The notes under the pieces were generated by a model. The model did no database searches, was not told where the DNA came from, and saw nothing but the letters and a program-made list of their open reading frames with translations. A DNA stretch of 64,000 bases, taken from the NCBI GenBank assembly GCA_964570625.1, contig CAZMYW010000008.1, positions 43,166-107,165 of the forward strand, in the 5' to 3' direction. A program made the position numbers and the translations under genes. This DNA is from an uncultured Nitrospirota bacterium (GTDB lineage: Bacteria > Nitrospirota > Nitrospiria > 2-01-FULL-66-17). Shown here in pieces: positions 8,909-17,652 of the stretch. Position 1 is the stretch's first letter. Every line of letters begins with the position of its first letter.

Positions 8909-11089
8909 TTGCCCCGCGCTCCGCGTTCCGCGACGGTCGCTGCCACGGGCCTCCTGCTCTTCGCCCTCCTCCCGACGTCCACCGCCGCACAGACTCCTGA
9001 TCTCGGAGAGTTGAGTCGCCTGCAGGAATCGCTCCGGGCCCGCGGGATTCCGGTGGAACTTACCGCCGACGAGTTGTCCTATTCGCGCGAGCAGGATGTG
9101 GTGACCGCGGCCGGTCACGTCCGTCTGAATCAAGGGACGATCTCGCTCGAAGCCGACCACGCATTGTTGTACCGCACCGCAGGGCGCGTGACCGCCACCG
9201 GACGCCTCCATGCGCGAGACGGTGACGACACGTTCAGCGCGGACTCGCTGGACCTGGATCTGACGACCAGAAGCAGTGTCATTACGAACGGTCGGTTCTT
9301 CCTGGCTCGCGATCACTACTTCATCACCGGTGCGCGGATCGAGCGGCACGCCGATGAAAGCTATGACTTCGACCGCGCGATGATTACGTCATGCGACGAG
9401 CCCGGCGAGCCTGGAGGTCGAGTGCCGTGGAAGATCCGCGCCAGAAAATTACGAGTCGAACCCGAGCAGTATCTCACGGCGCGTGACGTGGTCTTCAGCG
9501 TCATGGACGTCCCGGTGCTTTACCTGCCGTACATCCTGTGGCCGGTCAAGACCGAGCGTCAGTCCGGGCTGTTGCCGCCCACCATCGGCTATAGCACGTC
9601 GGACGGGTTGAAGATCCGGCAACCAATCTTCTTCACCCTGGGGCACAGCCAGGATATGACGGTGACGATTGACGAGCGGGCTCAGCGCGGGACGGGGGTG
9701 GCCCTGGAGTACCGGTACAAACTGAGCCGGCGTTCCCAGGGCGAGGTGGAGGTCGACGTTTTTCACGACCACGAGGAGGACTTGGTTCGTCGTCGGGTCG
9801 CCGTGATGCAGGTGATTCAGTTCAGCGATCGCTTGGAACTCCGGCTGGCGGGTGAATATCTGAGCGACGACGCCCTGCTGAGGGACCTGGCATCGGACGT
9901 TGCCAATCGCACCAAACAATTCGTTGAGTCCAACCTGTTTCTGACCTATCGCGACAGGATCCAGTCGGCGACCGTTCTGGCCCGGTACACGAAGGACTTG
10001 GCGGACCCGACCGCCGATCCCACGCAGTTGCTCCCGCAGGTGGTCTATCGCCTGCCGAGCCTTCGCGTGACGCCAGCCCCGCTCTTTCTCTCGGTGGAAA
10101 GTTCCTACACCAATTTCTGGAAGGATACGGGCTCGACCCAGCGGTTTGACGCGTTCTCGGTGGCCGTATGGCGGCAGGACACACCGCTGGGAGTGGTATT
10201 CACGCCGCGCGTCGGGGTTCGCGAGACCACCTACTGGCAGGACGAGTCGCTGGGCGGGGACCTGAGCCGGACCCTGGGTATCGCCGGGCTCGGTGCGGCT
10301 TCGCACGCGCAGCGGGTTTGGGGTCAGGACCGGGAAGGCGCGATGGTTCACAGCGTCGAACCGGCGGTGTTGTATACCTATATCGGCAATTCCCGCGATG
10401 ACGTGTATCCCCAGTTTGACGAAATCGACTCGATCCAAGAGCAGAGCGTGATCACCGCCACGCTCACGAACCGGCTCGCGGCACACGACCCGGTGACGCC
10501 GGCACACGCCTGGGAGCCCCTGTGGGTGCGGTTCACGCAGACCTACCGACTCGCGCACCGACCCGCGGGGGAGAAGTGGTCGGCGCTGCGGGGTGAGGCC
10601 ACGTTTCGCTCCCGACGGGTATTCCGATTCGATATCGACGCGTTCTACGACTACACCCTCAGAACCGTGACCGTCTTCGACACTGAACTCCGCGCGACCC
10701 TGGCCCGTTACGGCGACATCGCCGTCGGGCACCGCTCCACGCGGCCGGACGCTGCGTTGCCCCAGAAAGGAGACATTCTGGATCCCCTCGCGCTGGGGAC
10801 CCTGATCACCGACCCCCACGCCGAGATCGACTACTACACGATCTCCGCTCGGGCGTATCTTCCATGGGGAGTTGAACTTGCCAACAAAACGTATTACGAC
10901 CGGCAGTCCGGAAAGTACACCGAAATCGCCTACGGACTTCTCTATCGGGCCCAGTGTTGGAGCGTGACGTTCACCTATCAGGACTACCCCGACCGGAACG
11001 AATTCGGCGTGACGCTGACACTTCTCGGCGCAACCAGCGTCGAGTCCAAGGCGGCCTCCGGCCTCTTCGGACCGCGACTTCAGAACTGA
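8909..11089 (+). CDS. lptD: LPS-assembly outer membrane protein LptD
   Basis: Signal peptide, OstA-like N-terminus, VPVLYLPY..P..TERQSGLLPP, beta-barrel C-terminus with CW motif. Confidence 0.88.
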   Translation: MPRAPRSATVAATGLLLFALLPTSTAAQTPDLGELSRLQESLRARGIPVELTADELSYSREQDVVTAAGHVRLNQGTISLEADHALLYRTAGRVTATGRLHARDGDDTFSADSLDLDLTTRSSVITNGRFFLARDHYFITGARIERHADESYDFDRAMITSCDEPGEPGGRVPWKIRARKLRVEPEQYLTARDVVFSVMDVPVLYLPYILWPVKTERQSGLLPPTIGYSTSDGLKIRQPIFFTLGHSQDMTVTIDERAQRGTGVALEYRYKLSRRSQGEVEVDVFHDHEEDLVRRRVAVMQVIQFSDRLELRLAGEYLSDDALLRDLASDVANRTKQFVESNLFLTYRDRIQSATVLARYTKDLADPTADPTQLLPQVVYRLPSLRVTPAPLFLSVESSYTNFWKDTGSTQRFDAFSVAVWRQDTPLGVVFTPRVGVRETTYWQDESLGGDLSRTLGIAGLGAASHAQRVWGQDREGAMVHSVEPAVLYTYIGNSRDDVYPQFDEIDSIQEQSVITATLTNRLAAHDPVTPAHAWEPLWVRFTQTYRLAHRPAGEKWSALRGEATFRSRRVFRFDIDAFYDYTLRTVTVFDTELRATLARYGDIAVGHRSTRPDAALPQKGDILDPLALGTLITDPHAEIDYYTISARAYLPWGVELANKTYYDRQSGKYTEIAYGLLYRAQCWSVTFTYQDYPDRNEFGVTLTLLGATSVESKAASGLFGPRLQN

Positions 11090-11112
11090 TCGTCTGCGTG
11101 AATGATCAGTGC

Positions 11113-11919
11113 CTACCCACGCCAGCGGTGCGCGAGGGCAGCTGTCAGGGCGACCAAATGAATCTCTGCACGCCGGTCAATCGGTAGCAGGGTCGACGGG
11201 GTCTCCAGGGTTAGGCACGACGGAATCCCGGTGTGGGCACTGTACAGGGCCTGCGGCCACTGGCCGGGCAGCGTATCCCGCAGGCTAACAGGATCGGGTC
11301 TGATGACGCCGCCTTCGGCCGGGAGGCCTTCGATTACGGAGCGGGGATCGATGTTCACCAGAGGGGCGACTGCGGCGACCACGTCATCGCCGACATACGG
11401 ATGACCGGTCGCCAGCTCGTAGAGATAGAACCCCTCCCCGTCGCTATCCTCGTGAAACTCGATGGCGGCGTCGAACGAGGGCTGGATGCCGTTCGGCGCG
11501 AGCCGTGCCTTGATCAGCCCGGTCTCCAGGGGAGGATCGGCCTGGTCGAATGTTCGGTTCAAGTCGATGCCCGCGCCGTTCGTGCGGCTGTTGCGCGAGA
11601 ACCCCGTGGGATTGGTGCATGGGAAGATGGTGACGTCGAAGGGGGCGAGGCGAGGACTCCACTCCCGGGGCGCTTCGAGGAGCTGAGTGACCGCTTCAAC
11701 GCCGGCGGGCTCGTCGCCGTGAATACCGGCGGTGATCACGACGCGGCGAGGGACTCCGCCGTGGTCCGCGGATGGGATGCGGATCGACAGCAGGGGAAAC
11801 GGTCCTCCGGGTGGCCCGACGGAACCGAGCACCTCGATCGAAATGCCCGGCCACCGCGAGGCGGCGGACAACCAGCGAAGCCGCCACGCGTCATAGGGCC
11901 GTGCCGCGTGGCCCGTCAC
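11113..11919 (-). CDS. M14-family metallopeptidase (MpaA / succinylglutamate desuccinylase-like)
   Basis: AGIHGDEPAG (HxxE), NPTG, DLNR and EFHED zinc-carboxypeptidase motifs. Confidence 0.85.
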   Translation of the reverse strand: MTGHAARPYDAWRLRWLSAASRWPGISIEVLGSVGPPGGPFPLLSIRIPSADHGGVPRRVVITAGIHGDEPAGVEAVTQLLEAPREWSPRLAPFDVTIFPCTNPTGFSRNSRTNGAGIDLNRTFDQADPPLETGLIKARLAPNGIQPSFDAAIEFHEDSDGEGFYLYELATGHPYVGDDVVAAVAPLVNIDPRSVIEGLPAEGGVIRPDPVSLRDTLPGQWPQALYSAHTGIPSCLTLETPSTLLPIDRRAEIHLVALTAALAHRWRG

Positions 11920-11932
11920 CGGCTGACCGCGC

Positions 11933-13114
11933 TCACGCCTCCCCGATCAGGGTGAGCACGCCGGTGTAGTTGTGTAGACAAGCGCCGTCCGTGGTCGGAC
12001 CGATTTCAGCGTAGGTAAAGAATCCGATGACGGGGAGATCGGCGAACTCGCGGCGAATGATCTCCAGATCCACGTTGGCCTGTCCGTACAGGGCCGTGCC
12101 GCGGCCGCAGCAGTTGAAGTACACGCCGAAGCTCGGCGGCCGGCCGGTGCACACTTTGGACAGCTCCTCCACCATGGTCTCCATATCCCGACGCGCATTG
12201 GCGGCGTCGCGGATCGTGAAAGAGACCACCTGCCCTTCGCGCACGGGCGAACCCGCGAGCAGCGAGCCTTCGTGGGGATCCACTCCGTGGATATTGCGGA
12301 CGTAGTACTCGCCGGGGTACAGGCCCGCTTGGGTCGGGTCGCACGGGAAGCCCAAGAAGAACACGCTTGCGGCGGTCCTCAGGTCCGTGATCGCCCACTC
12401 GCGTACCAGGCGGGTAAATACCTCGTAGGCCGGACGACCGCCGAGTTCGTAGATCACGTTGCCATCGGCTCGCGTCACGAGCAAGGGATCGCCGACCGGG
12501 TGACACGCGATGGTGTGGCCGATCGCTCGGCTCACCCCACCGGAGAACAAGGCGCCGCACACTGCATCGGATGCGACCTCGGTGCCGCACCACTGGTAGG
12601 TGTGCATATGGGTGCCGTTTTCCGACGCCCCGCCGCCTACCGTGGCCACGCCCGGCCACGCCCGACAGAGCCCGTCGAGAAACGGGCGTGCCTGCAAGGT
12701 GAGTGTGTCGGGAAACAGCATCAGCAGGTCGTGGCAGGATCTGGCGTTGGCTAACATGCTCGTCATCCGTCGCGCGGCCAGCCCGCCTTGCTGGCGGAGC
12801 GATCGCACCAGAAACGGGGTTGCGACGACCGTGTCCGAGGCCAGGACTAGGACCGCGATGGCGGGCTCGTCCTCGACTTCTCCATCGGATGTCACGATTC
12901 CCATGGCGCTGCACCCCACGACGTGCCGGGTGCGGGTCACTTCCGCGATGCGTTCCAGCATTCGGGGATACAGGGCAGCGTGGGGGATGGTAGCGAACAC
13001 CAGCGCAAAATCGGCCTGGAGCAGACCGGCTCGCGCCATGGCCTCGCGCGCCGCAGCCGTGGCCGCGGAGACGGTGGATTTTTCGATCGAGGCGCCGACA
13101 CCGGCTTTGAGCAT
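11933..13114 (-). CDS. Stand-alone FIST (FIST-N + FIST-C) sensory-domain protein
   Basis: GGGAS, VTRADGNVIYELGGRPA, FNCCGRG and GFFTYAEIG..LHNYT. Start refined to ATG 13114. Confidence 0.88.
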   Translation of the reverse strand: MLKAGVGASIEKSTVSAATAAAREAMARAGLLQADFALVFATIPHAALYPRMLERIAEVTRTRHVVGCSAMGIVTSDGEVEDEPAIAVLVLASDTVVATPFLVRSLRQQGGLAARRMTSMLANARSCHDLLMLFPDTLTLQARPFLDGLCRAWPGVATVGGGASENGTHMHTYQWCGTEVASDAVCGALFSGGVSRAIGHTIACHPVGDPLLVTRADGNVIYELGGRPAYEVFTRLVREWAITDLRTAASVFFLGFPCDPTQAGLYPGEYYVRNIHGVDPHEGSLLAGSPVREGQVVSFTIRDAANARRDMETMVEELSKVCTGRPPSFGVYFNCCGRGTALYGQANVDLEIIRREFADLPVIGFFTYAEIGPTTDGACLHNYTGVLTLIGEA

Positions 13115-13203
13115 AACCATCCGTGATGGGATGTGTATCCTAACAGGTTGGATTCCGGTCCCGCAATACGAATCAGTTGTGAGCGTCGTCCGACTATGGG
13201 GGG

Positions 13204-13250
13204 TTGACAATCGACAAGAGATTCTGATAAATAGACTGACCAGTCGGTTT
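13204..13250 (+). promoter_or_regulatory. Sigma70 promoter and probable TetR operator
   Basis: TTGACA at 13204, TG-A-TAAATA at 13225-13233, and imperfect palindrome TAGACTGACCAGTCGGTTT at 13232-13250. Confidence 0.65.
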
Positions 13251-13269
13251 GTTATGGCGTGATGAGACG

Positions 13270-13866
13270 ATGAAAGCGGAGATCAGCGAGAAGGGCGAGC
13301 GTACCCGGCGTCGGATTTTGGAGACCGCGCGGGTGTTGTTCCACGCTCGGGGATACACCAACACGAGTATGGACGACATCGTCAGAAAATCTCGCGTCAC
13401 CAAGGGGAACCTCTACTACTACTTCGCCAGTAAGGAGGTGCTTGGGCACGCGGTGGTGGACGAAACGATCGCGGAGCAGTTTGATGGTCCGTTGTCGGTG
13501 GCCGGCGATCCGGTCCGGCAGATTGTGGCGATGTTCCGACGCTCCGAACGGGCATTGGCCGACGAGCGATGCAAAGGCGGGTGTCTGTTCGGGAACCTGG
13601 CCCTGGAGGTGTCGGATTTGCACGATGGCCTGCGTCGAAAGTTGGAGGAGGCGTTTTCTCTATGGGAAGGCCGGATCGCGGCGGTGTTGGAGTCCGGCGT
13701 GCGAGACGGCGTGTTCACCGCGGACCTCGACTCCAAAACCACTGCGCGGTTTCTGGTGGCGACACTCGAAGGGGGCATTCTGTTGGCCAAAGTGAAACGG
13801 AATGTGGCGGCGTTGAAGGCATGCACCGGGATGGTCGAACGGCTGTTGGAGAGCTCGCGGGTATAA
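13270..13866 (+). CDS. TetR/AcrR regulator (NemR/YxaF-like C-terminus)
   Basis: HTH motif TSMDDIV..VTKGNLYYYF and the C-terminal GCLFGNLALE motif. Confidence 0.92.
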   Translation: MKAEISEKGERTRRRILETARVLFHARGYTNTSMDDIVRKSRVTKGNLYYYFASKEVLGHAVVDETIAEQFDGPLSVAGDPVRQIVAMFRRSERALADERCKGGCLFGNLALEVSDLHDGLRRKLEEAFSLWEGRIAAVLESGVRDGVFTADLDSKTTARFLVATLEGGILLAKVKRNVAALKACTGMVERLLESSRV

Positions 13867-13897
13867 GGTTCAAGGGCGGGGTGTGGAAGGGGCGGTG

Positions 13898-14656
13898 ATG
13901 CGTCTGGCGCGGAAAGTCGTAGTCGTAACTGGAGGAGGAACGGGGATCGGCGAAGCAATCGCCCGGCGGTTCGCCACCGAGGGCGCACGGGTGGCGATCA
14001 CCGGCAGGCGCAAGGACAGACTGGAAGACGTGGTCAGCGCGATTCAGGGGGCGGGCGGGGAGGCACTGGCTTTGCCAGGCAGCGTCACGAACGAAACGGA
14101 CGTCCGCCACGCTGTCCAGACGACGCTCGTGACGTTCGGACGGATCGACGTCCTGGTGAACAACGCTGGGAACCTGTTTCACGCGGGTTGGTTGCACGAG
14201 ACGACCGATGCCGCATGGAACGACACGCTCGACGTGTTCTTGACCGGAGTCTTTCGATTCAGCCGCGCGGTGATTCCCCAGATGCTGACACAGAGAGGGG
14301 GATCGATTCTCAACATCTCGACCGTCTCTGCGCTCAAAGCGATGCCCGGGTTTCCGGCCCACGCATACGCAGCGGCCAAGGCCGGGGTCAACATGTTGAC
14401 CAAGACGATCGCGATTCAATACGCGGAGCAGGGCATTCGGTGCAACGCCATCTGCCCGGCGGGGGTGGACACGCCGGGTGTGGCGGGTCTGATGTCCGAT
14501 CCCTCGCAACGAGTGGCGTTCGATCGGTTGCATCCGGTGGGACGGATCGGCAAACCCGAAGAAATTGCGGCGGCCGCGGTGTACTTCGCCTCGGACGAGT
14601 CCATGTGGACCACCGGCAGCATCCTCGCCGTGGACGGGGGCGTATCTGCCGGGTGA
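13898..14656 (+). CDS. Short-chain dehydrogenase/reductase
   Basis: TGGGTGIG, NNAG, YAAAK (YxxxK) and NAICPAG. Confidence 0.93.
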   Translation: MRLARKVVVVTGGGTGIGEAIARRFATEGARVAITGRRKDRLEDVVSAIQGAGGEALALPGSVTNETDVRHAVQTTLVTFGRIDVLVNNAGNLFHAGWLHETTDAAWNDTLDVFLTGVFRFSRAVIPQMLTQRGGSILNISTVSALKAMPGFPAHAYAAAKAGVNMLTKTIAIQYAEQGIRCNAICPAGVDTPGVAGLMSDPSQRVAFDRLHPVGRIGKPEEIAAAAVYFASDESMWTTGSILAVDGGVSAG

Positions 14657-14801
14657 ATCGCGGGACGACGGGTTCGGGCGAAGACAGACTGCCATGCAGT
14701 CGTATCACGAAAGGCAACGCGCAAGAGAAAGGCCACAGCATGTCGTCATTGCGCCAGAACGCGCAACGACGGGCAGCAAGTTCGGAAAGGAGGTGAACGG
14801 G

Positions 14802-14993
14802 ATGGAGTGCGTTCGGTGCCAGGGATTGATGGTGTCGGATCGCTTCGTCGATCTGGTGGAGAGCGGCGAAGCCGAGTTCGGCGGATGGCGGTGCCTGGTG
14901 TGCGGCAACATCACCGATCCGGTGATCGTCGCCAATCGGGAACAACCACCCGCGCCCAGGAAACCGCTGCGGAAGCGGGAGTTCGCGGCGTAA
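14802..14993 (+). CDS. 63-aa CxxC..CxxC metal-binding peptide
   Basis: AAGGAGGT RBS before the ATG; MECVRCQG...WRCLVCG. Confidence 0.75.
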   Translation: MECVRCQGLMVSDRFVDLVESGEAEFGGWRCLVCGNITDPVIVANREQPPAPRKPLRKREFAA

Positions 14994-15115
14994 TAGGTCA
15001 GACCGCCGGAAGCGGAATTCGCGGCCGGCCTTGAACACAAACCGGGTCGGCTGGGCAGAGTGCGAAGCAAGGCGCAAGCGACGGGCTCTAGAGAACCACA
15101 CCAAGGAGGGATGCC

Positions 15116-15649
15116 ATGGGCGGGAAAAAGAACGTGGTGTTTGGATTCTTCTACTTGGTCCTGACGGCGCTGCTCGGGCCGTACATGATTGTGACCTATA
15201 TGGGTCCGCACCAACAGGCCGAGCAAGCATATTCCGCCGCGGTCGCTGAGCTGACCCGCGCCGTGGAGACCGGGGTGGAGGAACAGGTCGCCCAGGCGCA
15301 GACCGACGCGATCGTGTCGTTGAATCGACGACTTGAGGCTGGAGAGCCGATCGAACAGATTAAAGGTGGCCCACACGCACACGGGAACCTCGAAGCCCTC
15401 CTCAACATCGCCGTGGGGATCGTGTTGGCCTTTCTGGTCGTCGGCTCCACGTTCAAGGAGATCATCAGTTGGCTCTTTATCGGCGGTGCGGTGTTGCACT
15501 CCGGCATGTTGTATCTCGGCACGGTTCTCGGCCAAGGATGGGCCTGGGCAGTGTTGAACACAGCCATCGGACCGTTGATGCTCTTGGCCGGCCTGTTATT
15601 GGCCGGCATTGCAAGTCTCAAGGGATTTGAACCGCGGCCGGCTCGCTGA
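15116..15649 (+). CDS. Four-helix membrane protein with His motifs (hypothetical)
   Basis: AAGGAGGG RBS; hydrophobic segments; PHAHGNLEALLNI and LHSGMLY; helical soluble insert. Confidence 0.75.
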   Translation: MGGKKNVVFGFFYLVLTALLGPYMIVTYMGPHQQAEQAYSAAVAELTRAVETGVEEQVAQAQTDAIVSLNRRLEAGEPIEQIKGGPHAHGNLEALLNIAVGIVLAFLVVGSTFKEIISWLFIGGAVLHSGMLYLGTVLGQGWAWAVLNTAIGPLMLLAGLLLAGIASLKGFEPRPAR

Positions 15650-15661
15650 GTCGGTTATGCC

Positions 15662-16639
15662 ATGACGCATGCGGTGATCATCGAACGCACCGGCGGACCG
15701 GAAGTGCTGGCCTGGCGCGAGTGTGCGGTGCCTGATCCTGGTCCTGGCGAGGCCCGGGTTCGTCATACCGCGGTCGGCCTCAATTTTATCGATGTGTACC
15801 ATCGCCGGGGGATGTACCCGCTGCCGGCGCTGCCGGCGGTTCTCGGTGTGGAGGCCGCGGGCCGCATCGAGGCGATTGGACCCGGCGTAACGGATATAGC
15901 GGTGGGGGACCGCGTCGCGTACGCGGGTGGACCCACCGGTGCGTACAGCGAGGCGCGGGTGGTCCCCGCGGACCGGCTGGTCAAAGTCCCTGACGGAATC
16001 GACGATCAACGGGCCGCGGCCATGATGCTCAAAGGCATGACCGCCGAATATCTGTTGCGCCGCACGTTTCGCGTGGAATCCGGCCAGACGATCCTGGTGC
16101 ATGCCGCGGCGGGCGGCGTGGGGCTCATCGCGTGCCAGTGGGCCAAGGCCATCGGTGCGACCGTCATCGGTACGGTGGGGACGAGACTGAAAGCCAAGGT
16201 TGCCGCCGAGCACGGCTGTGACCACCCGATCGTGACCTCAGAGGAGGACTTCGTCGCGCGGGTGAAGGCGATCACCGGAGGGCGTGGTGTTCCGGTGGTG
16301 TATGACTCGGTCGGGAACGACACGTTCATGCGCTCGCTTGACTGCCTGGCTCCGAGGGGCTTGATGGTCAGTTTTGGTCAGGCCTCGGGGATGGTCCCGC
16401 CGTTGGACGTGACGGTGCTCTCCGCCAAGGGTTCGTTGTACCTCACTCGCCCCACGCTTTTTCACTACACCGCCACGCGTGAGGATTTGCTGGCGAGCGC
16501 CACGGCGCTGTTTGAGGTTGTTCTGAGCGGCGCGGTGTGCGTCGAGATTGGACAGACCTATCCGCTGCGGGATGCCTCGCGGGCGCACGCGGATTTAGAA
16601 GCCCGTCGCACGGTGGGTTCCACGGCGCTCGTCCCGTGA
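15662..16639 (+). CDS. qor: NADPH:quinone oxidoreductase (zeta-crystallin family)
   Basis: GLNFIDVYHRRG, LGVEAAG, HAAAGGVG, YDSVG and SLYLTRPTL. Confidence 0.93.
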   Translation: MTHAVIIERTGGPEVLAWRECAVPDPGPGEARVRHTAVGLNFIDVYHRRGMYPLPALPAVLGVEAAGRIEAIGPGVTDIAVGDRVAYAGGPTGAYSEARVVPADRLVKVPDGIDDQRAAAMMLKGMTAEYLLRRTFRVESGQTILVHAAAGGVGLIACQWAKAIGATVIGTVGTRLKAKVAAEHGCDHPIVTSEEDFVARVKAITGGRGVPVVYDSVGNDTFMRSLDCLAPRGLMVSFGQASGMVPPLDVTVLSAKGSLYLTRPTLFHYTATREDLLASATALFEVVLSGAVCVEIGQTYPLRDASRAHADLEARRTVGSTALVP

Positions 16640-16654
16640 TCGCCACCCCGCGGC

Positions 16655-16683
16655 TTGCATTCACCGTTCCTCGCCGATATACT
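16655..16683 (+). promoter_or_regulatory. Sigma70 promoter of ispH
   Basis: TTGCAT-N17-TATACT. Confidence 0.7.
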
Positions 16684-16718
16684 GGCCTGCGGTTTTCCGA
16701 CATCGAGGGGCGTGCACT

Positions 16719-17564
16719 ATGGACGTCGAAGTAGCCCAGCACTCGGGATTTTGTTACGGCGTCAAGGAGGCGATCAAACTCGCCACCGAGACGGCCGAGG
16801 CGTCGGACCGGCCGACCGTGACCCTCGGTCCTCTCATCCACAACCCGCAGGAAATTGAGCGACTCAACCGTGAGTATGGAATCGATCGCGTCGACTCCCT
16901 GGACGGCTTAACCGGCGCCAACGTCGTCATCAGAGCGCACGGCGTGCCGCCGGAATACTTTGAGAAAGCCGCCGCGCAGCAACTCACCGTAGTTGACGCC
17001 ACGTGTCGGTTCGTGACCGACGTGCAGAATGCGGCGGTCGACTACTGCCGAAGAGGTTTTCCCCTGTACGTGGTGGGCGAGCCGCTCCACCCCGAAGTGA
17101 TCGGCATTTTAGGCCACGCGAAACGCGCGTTTCCTGACGCGGAAATTCACGTGGTCGAGCAGGTGGAAGAGATTCTTGAGCAAAAACCTGAACGGGCTGC
17201 CGTGGTATTTCAGACCACGCACGATTATGCCAAATACAAGCTGCTCGAGCGGCACATCAAGGAACGCAAGTTGTCGTGGAAGATCAAGAACACGATCTGC
17301 GGCGCGACAAAGAGCAACCAGTATTCGGCAGACGAATTGGCTAGGCGAGTGGATATCATGATCGTCATCGGCGGAAAGAACAGCGGCAACACCCGCCGCC
17401 TGATGGAGTTGTGCGAGAGTCACACGCGCGCGCGGCACCTTGAAACCGCGGCGGAACTTGATCTGGCGTGGTTCTCCGGCGCCACGAAGGTCGGCGTCAC
17501 CGCAGGAGCTTCCACGCCGCAGTGGGTCGTCGATGAGGTGGTAGAGGCCATCGAGGCGCTCTGA
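16719..17564 (+). CDS. ispH: 4-hydroxy-3-methylbut-2-enyl diphosphate reductase
   Basis: GFCYGV, IHNPQ, DATC, NTICGAT, SGNT and TAGASTP. Confidence 0.96.
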   Translation: MDVEVAQHSGFCYGVKEAIKLATETAEASDRPTVTLGPLIHNPQEIERLNREYGIDRVDSLDGLTGANVVIRAHGVPPEYFEKAAAQQLTVVDATCRFVTDVQNAAVDYCRRGFPLYVVGEPLHPEVIGILGHAKRAFPDAEIHVVEQVEEILEQKPERAAVVFQTTHDYAKYKLLERHIKERKLSWKIKNTICGATKSNQYSADELARRVDIMIVIGGKNSGNTRRLMELCESHTRARHLETAAELDLAWFSGATKVGVTAGASTPQWVVDEVVEAIEAL

Positions 17565-17652
17565 GGAAAATCCCCGCAGCACGCGGTCTGTTCTCATGGT
17601 CTCGAGACGCCCGTCAGTCAGTTAATAGCTCGGCAACACGTTGAGTCGTAAC

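Noticed and set aside
14720-14735. Sigma54-like motif TGGCCT-N5-TTGCG on the minus strand
   Set aside because: It is a weaker match and points antisense into the SDR 3' end, with no plausible target.
14968-15025. Imperfect ~20-bp direct repeat (CGGAAGCGG..TTCGCGGC) around the mini-protein stop
   Set aside because: Only two short degenerate copies; probably a small local duplication.
15061-15090. GCAAGGCGCAAGCG segment resembling one arm of the palindromic element
   Set aside because: The match is too short, with no central hairpin and no opposite arm.
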